From the NCBI GenBank assembly GCA_024672315.1, contig GCA_024672315.1_4714.1: 64,000 nucleotides of DNA; one strand, 5' to 3'. Positions 9,550 to 19,420 of this stretch are shown here, piece after piece. The translations under genes were made by a program, and so were the position numbers. The stretch is from a phage. The notes below the pieces were generated by a model. It had not been told where the DNA came from. It was given only the letters and a program-made list of their open reading frames with translations, and ran no database searches. Each line of letters opens with the position of its first letter. The stretch's first letter is position 1.

Positions 9550-9932
9550 CTTCAGTATGGTTCGCTACGCCATACCCGCACATACGTGCAACTTACGTCT
9601 TTCACGTAAGAAGAGACTATATCTTTCACCCTCAGCATTATCTGGTCGGGGCTCCCATTTCGGCGGTCATCTGACCGGTGGTTTCCCACGCCGCTTGGCC
9701 CTAACGCCCGTAAGCGATAGTCGTTGAGCGCATCTCCGTTCTGGAGACTTCGCTGCGGATTCCCCAATCCTTGCCGCTTTTACCATACCCGAATGATTAG
9801 TTCAGCCCCACGCGCTGTTCCCAGGCGTGGTTGGTGGACAAGGCTCTAAGTAGGTTCCCGCATTAGAGAGTTCCTCGTAACAACATTTCTGCGTTACTGG
9901 GCCTAACGACCCTTTCAAGATCATCACGCTTA
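9550..9932 (-). ncRNA. group I self-splicing intron (first intron in the nvRNAP-type beta' gene)
   Basis: Minus-strand P TAATGCGGGAA (plus 9855-9865), Q AATCCGCAGCG (9751-9761), R GCTCAACGACTATC (9716-9729), S AAGATATAGTC (9615-9625), P9-like hairpin CTTACG-tgaaaga-CGTAAG (9592-9610). The 5' boundary at 9933 is a best guess (exon ends in U, frame gives Tyr when joined to the micro-exon). Confidence 0.65.
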
Positions 9933-11151
9933 ACCCGATGGTGTTATCCTGCGGATCGCGTTTAACCTTGGTGATTTCAAGACATTGGTTACTGCTTCGG
10001 TCAAGTGATGGGTTTCGAACAAAGCCACACACAATCCCATCGAACGGTGTATCAGCAATAAGCTCATCATGCAGCTCGCTCATCATCGGATGATAATTAC
10101 GGACATGTTCCGCAACGAACGCACGTGCTGCTCTTGGTGAATAACCACGATGGAATAACTTGGATTGGATATGTTCTTTATTGGTTAAAGTAAATGGTGC
10201 GTATGGGAAATGCAGATGATAATAACGATGGTTCGCTGTTATCGAACTGATTACGGTACGCGTGGTAAATGGATGTAATGTACCTAATATGTTTTTACGT
10301 GTGATACCTTTCTTCTTACCGATGAACTCATCGAAAATCGCCGCATGGTATTGCAGCAGCTTCAATTGCACTTTCGCCATCCAGTTTTCTTTCTTTCTGG
10401 CGCTCAAAGGTGTTGTTGGATGATAGATACTGTTCAACGTACCGATAGCATCGATCGCACCTTCCATTTTGCTATCCGCATAACGACCGGTTGGCGTATT
10501 CTCGATAACGAACATCATGGCCGCAGGAAAGCTGATATACTGACTGAAGAACTTATCACGATGAATACGGATGAATTCTCGTAGCGTGTCAACTTTCTCC
10601 GTGTTCTTCGGTCCACGTAACGTCGGTCCTTTATACAAGATCTCCATGATGCGATCGAAGTTCTGTATAAAACTATTTACGCCACGTCGTATCCCGAATA
10701 CATCGAATTGCTGCTCCAGATAGTTCTTGAGTTCGATGGGTCGTTTTACATTTGGACGGTAACTGGCATCAATGAGCCACGTCATCGTTTCAAAGCTTTT
10801 GATATTCAACTCGCTTGCCAGCACGAGATGGACCAACGGGTTAATGAACGCATCGATTCCTTCAGGAACGCGCGCCCACACCGTCGAACGAATCTCCTGT
10901 TCTGCTGGGTAGGTTACAACCGTTTTACAGTTTGGACACACCGTGCCGAGCAGCTCACCACGATTGTAGAAACCACAACCACATTGTGGCGTGATATCCA
11001 ACGTATCGCTGGAGTAAACACGGGTGATAAAACTGTTTAATTTCTTCTTCTCTTCGACGACTTTTGTATCGTAATCGTTCAACAAAATCGGCGTAAAAGG
11101 AAGTTCTGCGAGCTGTCTATCGAAACTCACGATATCGAGCATGATGGCCAT
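9933..11151 (-). CDS. RNA polymerase beta'-like subunit (nvRNAP-type, N-terminal part), 5' exon
   Basis: Zn-finger-like CGCG...CPNC near the N-terminus; GKKKGITRKNILGTLHPFTTRTVISS resembles beta' [39 protein letters not shown] resembles NRAPTLHRLGIQAFEP (switch 2). ORF-track runs on to 9802, but the last ~43 codons are judged intron read-through. AGGAGA RBS. Lies immediately downstream of the chimallin candidate, as gp54-gp55 do in phiKZ. Confidence 0.7.
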
Positions 11152-11193
11152 GGGGTATCTCCTACAAATGAAAAAGAACGTTAGGACGTATAA

Positions 11194-11217
11194 GGGAGGG
11201 AGGTTGCCCTCCCTCCC
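11194..11217 (-). terminator. GC-rich hairpin, putative terminator/attenuator after the chimallin gene
   Basis: GGGAGGGAGG-ttgc-CCTCCCTCCC perfect 10-bp stem between the chimallin stop (11244) and the beta' start (11151). Confidence 0.45.
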
Positions 11218-11243
11218 GTCAGATTACATCGAACGTTCTTCCA

Positions 11244-13139
11244 TTAGAACAGGTTGAATGCCCCACCCATGTTGTTACCGCCAACATTCGGACGATCGCT
11301 ACGTGCGTAGATGTTGCCGGAGATGTTACCCAGACCACGAGCACGTGCTGCCATGTTACCACGAACAGCGGTACCTGCCAGGTGCTGGATGTTCTCAGGA
11401 CGGATGGTGAAGCCAGCATCAGCCGCAGCTTCGATCAGCGCCTGCAGTGCTAACGGATCGAAGTCGTAACGCATTGCCCAGCCGGTTTGTTCCCAGCTAC
11501 CAGACAGAACACGATCAATGATTTCGTGACGAGCGACAACACGCTGAGACATCGTCATATCGGTACGGTCGAAGCTGTCTTCCCAAGCTTCTACGGTATC
11601 CGGGTTAGTGATGTTCATCATGTACAGATCGTCCATATCACGAATATCGTGACGGTGACCATCCTGGTGGTTGTAGTAACCCAGCGGGATACGGTTACCG
11701 GTAGCGTAGACCAGCGGTTGGCCGTATTGATATTTCTTGCTGAAGCAACCCAGGGTAGTATCATCGAAGGCACGGTAGAGTGCTTTGTAACCTTCGGAGA
11801 TTTCTTGAACTTTACCGTCAACGTTGCCCGTAAAGATCTTCTCAGCCGCCGGGATCATACGCAGCAGCCAGCTATACTCGCCTTCTTCCGGTACGTCGAT
11901 AGAAATCAGCAGAGACGGATACAGAACCTGTTGCAGGAACTTGTAAATCTGCTCGTTGGTTTGCGTAGACAGATCCAGCGGTGCAGTCACTTCAGGATCC
12001 AGCACCATCGCCAGAGCACCTGGGTTATGCGGACCAATACCACGAGCCGCGTTGCTGATTAAAGACTGTGCCCATGCCATGCCGCTGTTCAGCGTAGCGA
12101 TGGTACCAATCAGACCCAGCACGAAGCTGTTCGGTGTGAACGCATCCAGCTCCAGCGGGTAAACGCTGGTCATCACGTAACGCGGCTGGTACTGTACAGT
12201 CGGCGGTACCGGATAGCCGTTAACCAGAACAGGGCCTTGGTTGAAGGTCGGGTTCTGCGGGCTGTAGGTCAGGTCAATGTAACCGGTGGTGGCGACCAGA
12301 CGCTGTTGACTATCGTAATCGCTCATCGCTTGACGGATGCGGTTAGAGATAGTTACAGTGATGTCAGAACGCACAGGGTTACCAACAATATCGCTGTCCT
12401 GCATACCGCTGGTGTTGTACTGAACGCTGCTGATTGGCTGATCGCTTGCCATCATGCCCAGGTTGAACTGCGGCAGACCCAGTTTATCACCGAGACGGAT
12501 TTCGATCGCGGTTTGGATTGCGTTATCTGCAGCAGACAGCAGGGTGGTTGCCAGATGCGCAGATTCAGCGGTGATTTCATTGGTCACCACAGCCAGACCA
12601 GCGATACGAACAGTACCGTTAGACTTACCGCCAATAGCTGAATACATTGCCGCCATGACTTCGTTGATGAACGTACCGTTCAGGTTATCAACCCAGGTAC
12701 GCGGTACCAGAATGTTACCATGCGGACCTTGTTCTTCACGACGCGGCAGCGGAGCCAGACCAGCAACCAGCGGCAGGACGTAACCGAAGAAGTGGTTATG
12801 ATCACCAACTTTTGCACCGCTCATAACAACCAGGGTCGGATACGGTACGCTGTACTGGTTCGGGTCAACCGCAACAAAGATGAAGTCGTCTTTGAACTGG
12901 GTATCTTCCAGATATTTCTCCATCAGACGACGGAGATTCAGTACCTGCTCGGAGCCGGTATTACGGCTGATACGACGGCTCAGTGTACGGTTGATCGTAC
13001 GCATCGTATGAGTTACTTTAGGACGGTCGGCAAAATCTGCAGCGGTTTCCAGCGCCTCATCAGCACGTTGTGCGGTGCGGGTTTCAGCTGCACGAATTTC
13101 TACATTATCGTTACCGTTATTACGTACGTCTAAGCCCAT
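11244..13139 (-). CDS. chmA: candidate chimallin (phage nucleus shell protein, ChmA-like)
   Basis: 631-aa ORF with AAGAGGAA RBS and codon usage typical of a highly expressed gene; early-promoter motif about 73 nt upstream; sits directly upstream of an nvRNAP-type beta' gene (phiKZ gp54-gp55 arrangement) and about 12 genes from the PhuZ homolog. Assignment is by size and synteny, not by a recognised motif. Confidence 0.55.
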   Translation of the reverse strand: MGLDVRNNGNDNVEIRAAETRTAQRADEALETAADFADRPKVTHTMRTINRTLSRRISRNTGSEQVLNLRRLMEKYLEDTQFKDDFIFVAVDPNQYSVPYPTLVVMSGAKVGDHNHFFGYVLPLVAGLAPLPRREEQGPHGNILVPRTWVDNLNGTFINEVMAAMYSAIGGKSNGTVRIAGLAVVTNEITAESAHLATTLLSAADNAIQTAIEIRLGDKLGLPQFNLGMMASDQPISSVQYNTSGMQDSDIVGNPVRSDITVTISNRIRQAMSDYDSQQRLVATTGYIDLTYSPQNPTFNQGPVLVNGYPVPPTVQYQPRYVMTSVYPLELDAFTPNSFVLGLIGTIATLNSGMAWAQSLISNAARGIGPHNPGALAMVLDPEVTAPLDLSTQTNEQIYKFLQQVLYPSLLISIDVPEEGEYSWLLRMIPAAEKIFTGNVDGKVQEISEGYKALYRAFDDTTLGCFSKKYQYGQPLVYATGNRIPLGYYNHQDGHRHDIRDMDDLYMMNITNPDTVEAWEDSFDRTDMTMSQRVVARHEIIDRVLSGSWEQTGWAMRYDFDPLALQALIEAAADAGFTIRPENIQHLAGTAVRGNMAARARGLGNISGNIYARSDRPNVGGNNMGGAFNLF

Positions 13140-13211
13140 TTGGGATTCCTCTTTTCTTAAACTTTATTAAATGACGTCATTGAATCAGCTTCTACTCGCT
13201 CATTCACCTAG

Positions 13212-13219
13212 GTAATATA
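13212..13219 (-). promoter_or_regulatory. putative phiKZ-type early promoter core (TATATTAC on minus strand)
   Basis: Plus-strand CCTAGGTAATATAACCC = minus-strand GGGTTATATTACCTAGG in the 254-nt divergent intergenic region upstream of the chimallin candidate. Confidence 0.55.
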
Positions 13220-13393
13220 ACCCTGAAATTTTTTTCAATATTGGTGTAACCGCATTGAACGATATAAACCCCTAGGCGAACGCTGCCGAGAAGCAACATT
13301 CTTTCTACATATAATCAGGATATGTCTGTAAACTTTTACTTCTCTTATTGAGAGTAATGTCATATCCGTTTACCATCTTCTTACGGAGTTCGT

Positions 13394-14488
13394 ATGTTTC
13401 GTGTTTTAAATAACCTCCCGCGAACATCATCGGGTGTGCAACCCGTCCCTCAGAAAGACTATCTAATACGCGAAGTTCAAAGAAACCTACAGACAATCCA
13501 GAACCACTATCAAGGTTTTACCTTCGCGGTTCAGAGCGATCACATCCTTGCGTTGCTGCTCGCACAGCTCCCTATGAGATACGACATCTCAGTACAAACT
13601 TACTACGACATGATTCTCGATCTTACCCCAGAATTGGGTAATCGTGTCAAGTTGACAACATCAAGATACGCGGGTAAGTTATTCGACGGTGCTTTCTATC
13701 CGGGATTGCACGAAGCTATTATTGCAACCGGTGAAAGTCGTCTTATTTCACGTGACGTTCTTGATAACTGGCGTAATTGGTCACCAGTTAGAATCGTGAC
13801 GCATCCATACGCAAATCTTCGTTACATTCCTCTTCACCGAAAGCAGATTGAAGAAGGACGAGGTTTTGCGGTTATTATGGTTGATGTGCCTTTATTAGCG
13901 CTACAGTATCGAATGTGGTCTTTGGTCATGGGTCATAACGACGACGGTAAATGGGTGGTTAAAGAACCGGTTACAAGCTTCCTTGCGAGTTTTCCGTTGG
14001 TTAACGCATTATACTCACACAACGATGTTGTTATACGCAATCGTTGTTTATGGATATCTCCGGCTAAGAATCCACTCAAATCACCAATTTACGTTAACGA
14101 CCTTGATAACGTATTCAGCCAAGTCGTTCTGTCCGTACAGCATCATTTATTACGAAGAAGACGAAGCTACACCGACATGCTTAAACAGATACCGAGTTTA
14201 TACGGAGATCAGTACCAAGCAACCCGAATGGGCTACACCGTCGATCTTCGACAAACACGATGGGCAAGGGATCTGGGTTGTCTGTCATTATGGCAACAAC
14301 TCGTCACATTGCAAAACGTATCTGAAAGCGTCGGGTTCAGCAGTCAAATCGATAATGACCTGTATCGTGCTGCCGACCGAAGTCTAAAAGAAGGTAACTG
14401 GGAGTCCTCTCCGTTACCTGGCGATTTAAGACGTGAAGTTATTGCACAGGTTGCCGACCTCTTAAAAATTCTTCCTGCTGGTGCATAA
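13394..14488 (+). CDS. hypothetical protein
   Basis: 364-aa plus-strand ORF divergent from the chimallin candidate; GGAG RBS; followed by a hairpin at 14508-14539. Confidence 0.55.
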   Translation: MFRVLNNLPRTSSGVQPVPQKDYLIREVQRNLQTIQNHYQGFTFAVQSDHILALLLAQLPMRYDISVQTYYDMILDLTPELGNRVKLTTSRYAGKLFDGAFYPGLHEAIIATGESRLISRDVLDNWRNWSPVRIVTHPYANLRYIPLHRKQIEEGRGFAVIMVDVPLLALQYRMWSLVMGHNDDGKWVVKEPVTSFLASFPLVNALYSHNDVVIRNRCLWISPAKNPLKSPIYVNDLDNVFSQVVLSVQHHLLRRRRSYTDMLKQIPSLYGDQYQATRMGYTVDLRQTRWARDLGCLSLWQQLVTLQNVSESVGFSSQIDNDLYRAADRSLKEGNWESSPLPGDLRREVIAQVADLLKILPAGA

Positions 14489-14507
14489 TCACCTCCCTCT
14501 TCCCTTG

Positions 14508-14539
14508 CATCCTCCCAACCCGTAAGGGAAGGGAGGATG
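14508..14539. terminator. GC-rich hairpin between convergent genes
   Basis: CATCCTCCC-(14-nt loop)-GGGAGGATG between the 3' ends of 13394..14488 (+) and 14555..16708 (-). Confidence 0.4.
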
Positions 14540-14554
14540 GGGTGGTGGATTATG

Positions 14555-16708
14555 TTACTCTGTGGTTTCTCGCTTCGGTAAATAACTTGCTGCAATGTCT
14601 TGGGCTAACAATGTATTGTTTTTATTCGAGATGAAAATACCGTAACTTTCCATTAACGCGTAATACGAACGCACGAGCGTAGAGATCAATCGACGAATAT
14701 CCATACCTTGAATAAAGATATCGGGAAGCCCGGAGGCTTCGATCACCGGTAATGGTATCGTTAAGTTGCTTATCGTTTTCTTATCGTTACGTACAATCCA
14801 ATCACGGAAACGTTGTTGTAACCCTTTATCCTCCCAGGAATCAATCCAATCGTTAAGAAGCGTTTTGTTCTTCGTCGCCAACGGCACACGAACCCCAACA
14901 TAGGGTGGTTCCTGGCAATGGCCGTACGATTGAGCAAACACCTCTTCCCACATATCGTAAGACTGTTTCGTTACTGCAACATGCGGTTTCACTTTAACAC
15001 GTGTTAAGAAATCAGGATCACCACGTTTCATGGACTCAACGATTTCGTTTTCTAACGAGATAATATCGTCAAGAACCAATCGAATGCTGATCTTCTCATT
15101 ACGTAACAGCTTATCCATGATACCGCACATCATGCGTTCAACACGTTTGACGATCATTTTTGGTGCTGACGCATCGCGCATAACCGGACCTTTCAATTCC
15201 AGCTTCGGTGGATTGATAGGAACCCCTTCACGCATGGTCATGTAACCGTAATAGTTTTTACCCATCGAGGTTAACGACAGAATCAAGAACATATATTCGT
15301 TCTTCATTTCCATCACGTACATATGCTCTTTCGCCACACCGATATTACCAGAACACATCGCCATCAGATGGACTGTAATCTGCGTAACCAGATAGATAAG
15401 CGTGTTTGCTAAGCGCGTCGAAACTGGATTGATCTCCATATTTCCAAATCGCCACTGAACCCACTCCTGGCAGGTAAACACTGTCGAGTCGGTATCAGAC
15501 AACACACCCACTTCACGGATTGCTGATGGGAAAGCATAAACGCCAGCCGGTTGATTCTCGGTACGCCAGAACGCCATAATCAAATCAGCGTAGCTTTGGA
15601 TACGCTGTAGCATTAATTTTGTCGTTGCTGCGGTAAGACGATAACCAAGTTCATTTCCTTTTTCTAGCGCTACGTAAATCGCCTCCCCATTCAAGAACTC
15701 CGTGCATTGTGCTGTAATCCAAGCAACCGTGTTGTTATCCATGGAAGCAATAATGGCTTTAGCCTCTTCCATCGTTTCAACAGGTTCGGATGCCAGTTCA
15801 CATAACGAGTCAAGAAAATCTCGAACAAATTCAGGATTAAGCTCACGTAACGAGTACAGGTTATTGCTGTACATGTAGCAGGCGCGTTCTAATGGCGTTA
15901 AACCGGTAATTAGCTCCCGGATGGTCAGCTCTTTCTCTGGGTCGAAAGTATATCGATGCAAGCATTTCGATACGTTAGCCCAAACCTCTTCCGGCGTAGG
16001 GTAATGCAGTTTGTATTTTACCATTACCTGCTCAATGGCTTTACGATCGCTATTACGAACAATGCTCACGATGTTTTCAATTGCGATATCACAATCGTAA
16101 TAATGGAAATTGCCCGCAAGGAAGCGTTCGTTGTTCGCATTGGCTGAACCTGAAGCACAGCGACATGTTGTCGTTAAGCTTGGATGCGCAATCGGATTAT
16201 AAAAAGGGTTGAACTTGGACGCCTGGGTTCCTGACAAACTGTTGTTATCTAACTTGGTGTTGGTTTGTCGCTTATCGTGTAACTCAGCTTCATCTTTACG
16301 TCCGTGTGCTTGTGCTATCGACATTTGTTTCTTTTGTTTCTTACGCAACTTACCGTTTTCAACCGCAAAGTCGCTTAGCACACTGGAGCGTGTCTCACGT
16401 GGATAACAGTTAGCCCACACCGGCGTGATAATTAAATTATTTTCTTTAATATCGTTGAAGTATTGGCTGAACTTGATGACTTCTTTTTCACGATTTCCTT
16501 CGGTACGCTGTGTTAATACCAGGCAGTCGGGATCAACCATCCCGTATTTTCCACCAGGACGAACCGTTTCAAGAACAAACTGCAACGCTTCCTGCTGAGA
16601 TATCCCACGCATGCGCATTAAGAATAGGGTATAATCCTGTACCGCTTCTTTGGTCATATCCAACGTACGACCATATCCGTTTTCATCGTAAAAGAACGGA
16701 TTTTCCAT
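14555..16708 (-). CDS. hypothetical protein (717 aa)
   Basis: Long uninterrupted ORF; contains a DTDS-like tetrapeptide (VGVLSDTDSTVF) but no recognisable ordered polymerase motifs, so no function is assigned. Confidence 0.5.
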   Translation of the reverse strand: MENPFFYDENGYGRTLDMTKEAVQDYTLFLMRMRGISQQEALQFVLETVRPGGKYGMVDPDCLVLTQRTEGNREKEVIKFSQYFNDIKENNLIITPVWANCYPRETRSSVLSDFAVENGKLRKKQKKQMSIAQAHGRKDEAELHDKRQTNTKLDNNSLSGTQASKFNPFYNPIAHPSLTTTCRCASGSANANNERFLAGNFHYYDCDIAIENIVSIVRNSDRKAIEQVMVKYKLHYPTPEEVWANVSKCLHRYTFDPEKELTIRELITGLTPLERACYMYSNNLYSLRELNPEFVRDFLDSLCELASEPVETMEEAKAIIASMDNNTVAWITAQCTEFLNGEAIYVALEKGNELGYRLTAATTKLMLQRIQSYADLIMAFWRTENQPAGVYAFPSAIREVGVLSDTDSTVFTCQEWVQWRFGNMEINPVSTRLANTLIYLVTQITVHLMAMCSGNIGVAKEHMYVMEMKNEYMFLILSLTSMGKNYYGYMTMREGVPINPPKLELKGPVMRDASAPKMIVKRVERMMCGIMDKLLRNEKISIRLVLDDIISLENEIVESMKRGDPDFLTRVKVKPHVAVTKQSYDMWEEVFAQSYGHCQEPPYVGVRVPLATKNKTLLNDWIDSWEDKGLQQRFRDWIVRNDKKTISNLTIPLPVIEASGLPDIFIQGMDIRRLISTLVRSYYALMESYGIFISNKNNTLLAQDIAASYLPKRETTE

Positions 16709-16782
16709 AAATCCTCCAAAAGTTATTTAGTCTGTCTACATCATCTCGTATATCTGTTAAAAAAGAAGGACGGCATAAAAAA

Positions 16783-16810
16783 GAACCGATCCAGCCGAAG
16801 CCAGATCGGT
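16783..16810 (-). terminator. putative rho-independent terminator
   Basis: AACCGATC-(12-nt loop)-GATCGGTT followed on the minus strand by CTTTTTTAT; downstream of the 17008..17421 gene. Confidence 0.5.
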
Positions 16811-17007
16811 TAAAAAGGATAATAACTGACAGAAAGATATCGATGATGTTCGTGAAACAAGATCTTCTCTCGTGCACAATGATGCTAGATCAGAGGGAGG
16901 TTGTAACACGAGAGGCGATTCGCCAAAGAAGGAATAAAAAACACGAATCTATCTTATTTCACTGATGGCACTAACCACTCAAAATATATAGTACTGTATG
17001 TAAAAGT

Positions 17008-17421
17008 TTACTGATTAATCAAGTCGTTAGCAACAATCTTAGTGTAACCTGCCTGATTAAGAATCTGATTAATTTTCGTCACGTCGGTCGCATCCTCAAT
17101 AACGATGCTGGGTTTATAGATCAGCGTCTTGGTAACGACGATTGTACTCTCCTTAATCCAAGGAATCCCTAGAATCACATACTCGCCATCGGCTGTAATG
17201 ACCTCGACGTAATTGTATCTCGTCGGATCGTTCGGTACACTAGACGGGAGCCGGGAATAAATCTGTTGGTGAATGGCGTCTACATCACGGCCGTTGCGCA
17301 CAGCCGTACGATAATTGTACACGGCGCTAATTTCTACTCCGTTGAAGTTAACCCCAAGTTCTGGGGCGTATACATCAAAACTCACAACAGAGCCAATCTT
17401 TTCTAAATCAGAAGCTGGCAT
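17008..17421 (-). CDS. hypothetical protein
   Basis: 137-aa ORF. Confidence 0.5.
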   Translation of the reverse strand: MPASDLEKIGSVVSFDVYAPELGVNFNGVEISAVYNYRTAVRNGRDVDAIHQQIYSRLPSSVPNDPTRYNYVEVITADGEYVILGIPWIKESTIVVTKTLIYKPSIVIEDATDVTKINQILNQAGYTKIVANDLINQ

Positions 17422-17432
17422 AATAGCATCCT

Positions 17433-17831
17433 TTATTTAAAAATGTATTCGTATCCGAAGGTCGTCGCCGACCAGACCCGGATAGATGATAGTGTTCCGC
17501 CACGATAAAACGTTTTTGTGAATTCCATATCCTGGGCAACACGATAATAAACACGTCCGATAATACGCACGATAAGGTTTCGTGATAACGATCTCTCCTC
17601 GCAGTACTCATCGATAAAGTCATCGTCGATATCCGATAAGACAACATCTGCAATTTCTTGCAGTAGATTCCTCATCAGCATCTGCCTTCCTTCGGTACCC
17701 CACCCAGACAAACAGTAATCGTCTTCTGCCTGACTATAGATGTCGTTAACCGCCTGTTCGAGCAGTTGCTCAAGATAGTAGTCATCGCGTTTTATAACGT
17801 GGCGACGGCGCTCAGTGGCGTATTTTTCCAT
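17433..17831 (-). CDS. hypothetical protein
   Basis: ORF-track 17433..17954 overlaps the upstream gene by 163 nt; internal ATG at 17831 is proposed. Start uncertain. Confidence 0.4.
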   Translation of the reverse strand: MEKYATERRRHVIKRDDYYLEQLLEQAVNDIYSQAEDDYCLSGWGTEGRQMLMRNLLQEIADVVLSDIDDDFIDEYCEERSLSRNLIVRIIGRVYYRVAQDMEFTKTFYRGGTLSSIRVWSATTFGYEYIFK

Positions 17832-18280
17832 CCTGTGTTTCTCTTGTTCGGCGTATGTATTAACGACGCCACAGTCTTTTCTGGATCGTCCCACAATGCA
17901 CGACGAAAACTGGATACTACCATAACGGTAGGATAGATTTGTACAACCTCCCATCCGTAACGATGTGCGTTAGTCGTACGTCCGACATTGAACAGACATA
18001 GCTGATTTAAGAAACAGAGCTGCATCTTCGTAAACAACACCATGTCTTCACGTTTAACGTATCCGAGGATATACGCATTCTCGAACGCCTCGCGTGACAA
18101 GACGGGACGATTAAGATACCGCAACGCCAGTACCAACAACGTTGTTATGCGCAACGGATCTTCTGGGTCATTCATGGTGCTCAGCTCTGCTTGTAACCAG
18201 TCAGGGATAGTAACCGTCAGACGATAGGTATCTGTTCCACGATCAACCACATTCAATGTTGAAAAAGGCAACATATCCAT
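17792..18280 (-). CDS. hypothetical protein
   Basis: 162-aa ORF; GAAGGAA upstream of the ATG at 18280. Confidence 0.5.
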   Translation of the reverse strand: MDMLPFSTLNVVDRGTDTYRLTVTIPDWLQAELSTMNDPEDPLRITTLLVLALRYLNRPVLSREAFENAYILGYVKREDMVLFTKMQLCFLNQLCLFNVGRTTNAHRYGWEVVQIYPTVMVVSSFRRALWDDPEKTVASLIHTPNKRNTGWKNTPLSAVATL

Positions 18281-18737
18281 GAATTCCTTCTAGCTCGAGG
18301 TTGTTCTCGCCGGTCTTCGGTAATAACCCACTGGCCGTTAACATCTGTGTCATCGAGTAGTCAAAGCACGGAAATATCAGGTTAACGGTTTCCTGGATCG
18401 CGTCAACATAACTATAAATGGCTTCATAATACTCACCATCATGATCTACGCTAACCAGTTCCTGACACAGTTCTTCGCTTATCATTTCATATACCGGTGG
18501 ATACCACGATTGAAATGGTCGCTGCATACGTAACGACCAATACTCGTACGTCGTATACTGAAGCACGTCATATGCCGATACGTTAATGCGGTCGAAGAAA
18601 GTATACTTGTCCATATGCTGATACAACATCGCCAGCACGGTTTCCAAGCACACCGATATCCGCACGCCGTCATCTTTCCCGTTAAGAAAATTAGGTTTCT
18701 GCCGATAACGCACAAATGCCGACGGCTTCGATTGCAT
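18243..18737 (-). CDS. hypothetical protein
   Basis: ORF-track 18243..18818; start moved to ATG 18737, which overlaps the upstream stop (TAATG) and has a GGTGG RBS. Confidence 0.45.
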   Translation of the reverse strand: MQSKPSAFVRYRQKPNFLNGKDDGVRISVCLETVLAMLYQHMDKYTFFDRINVSAYDVLQYTTYEYWSLRMQRPFQSWYPPVYEMISEELCQELVSVDHDGEYYEAIYSYVDAIQETVNLIFPCFDYSMTQMLTASGLLPKTGENNLELEGIHGYVAFFNIECG

Positions 18738-19420
18738 TATTCCACCACCAACCATAACGTCATACTCGTATCTAACGTAAAATTGAAATGCCACCAATCT
18801 TCTACACGTGGAATCCACGTACGAAGGATTTGGTTAACTTCGCTTCGCATCACCGATAAACGACAACGAAAATCGAACTTCTCATCATGGCCGTAGTCTT
18901 CATGCATGAAAACTTCATCCAGAACGAACTCAAGTTGCATGTCGACATCACGGCCAGAGATATTCCGTTTGTACAAATACAACTCAATCGTGTCGTAAAG
19001 CAACGTATGAATATCATAATTTCCGTTCGGTGAGAAATAAGGTAACCGCTCATCGAGCATCGAAAACAGATATTCGCTGTAGTTTAATAACGGGATGATG
19101 TACCGACGCCCTGTCTGTGGTGTGCGAATATGTATCGAAACCTGACTTGGGCGCGGAATAACCGACGGCTTAGAATCGTCTCTCTGAAATTGCTCTAAAG
19201 ATCGCAACAAAGGTGGCCGCATTGTAACTCTCCAACGCCCAATTGTAAGGCCCTTCCAACATGTGTTCCCATACGTGAATAAACTCACTACCGAAGACAG
19301 GCTCCAGCGCCATGGTGAGATTCGTAAGTTCTGACGCGGCCGCATGGTAAGCATCAACATGTCTTTCCATTGACGGATCGTCTTCATTGAAAATACGTTC
19401 TGTATCGCCAGCCCGCTCAA
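18737..19420 (-). CDS. hypothetical protein
   Basis: ORF-track coordinates; the 5' part overlaps the upstream gene in another frame, so the true start is probably internal (candidates at 19222 or 19060). Confidence 0.35.
   Translation of the reverse strand: MSGLAIQNVFSMKTIRQWKDMLMLTMRPRQNLRISPWRWSLSSVVSLFTYGNTCWKGLTIGRWRVTMRPPLLRSLEQFQRDDSKPSVIPRPSQVSIHIRTPQTGRRYIIPLLNYSEYLFSMLDERLPYFSPNGNYDIHTLLYDTIELYLYKRNISGRDVDMQLEFVLDEVFMHEDYGHDEKFDFRCRLSVMRSEVNQILRTWIPRVEDWWHFNFTLDTSMTLWLVVE

Noticed and set aside
9552-9767. 71-aa minus-strand ORF inside the first intron as a homing endonuclease gene
   Set aside because: It overlaps the Q and R core elements, is short, and has no recognisable endonuclease motif (LAGLIDADG, GIY-YIG, HNH).
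9802-9932. C-terminal ~43 codons of the 449-aa ORF as genuine coding sequence
   Set aside because: Sequence loses all beta' similarity exactly where the catalytic motif is expected and overlaps the intron P1/P2 region; judged to be read-through into the intron.
11244-13139. 631-aa protein as the major capsid protein
   Set aside because: Early-promoter motif and adjacency to the nvRNAP beta' gene fit chimallin better than a late structural gene; this remains unverified.
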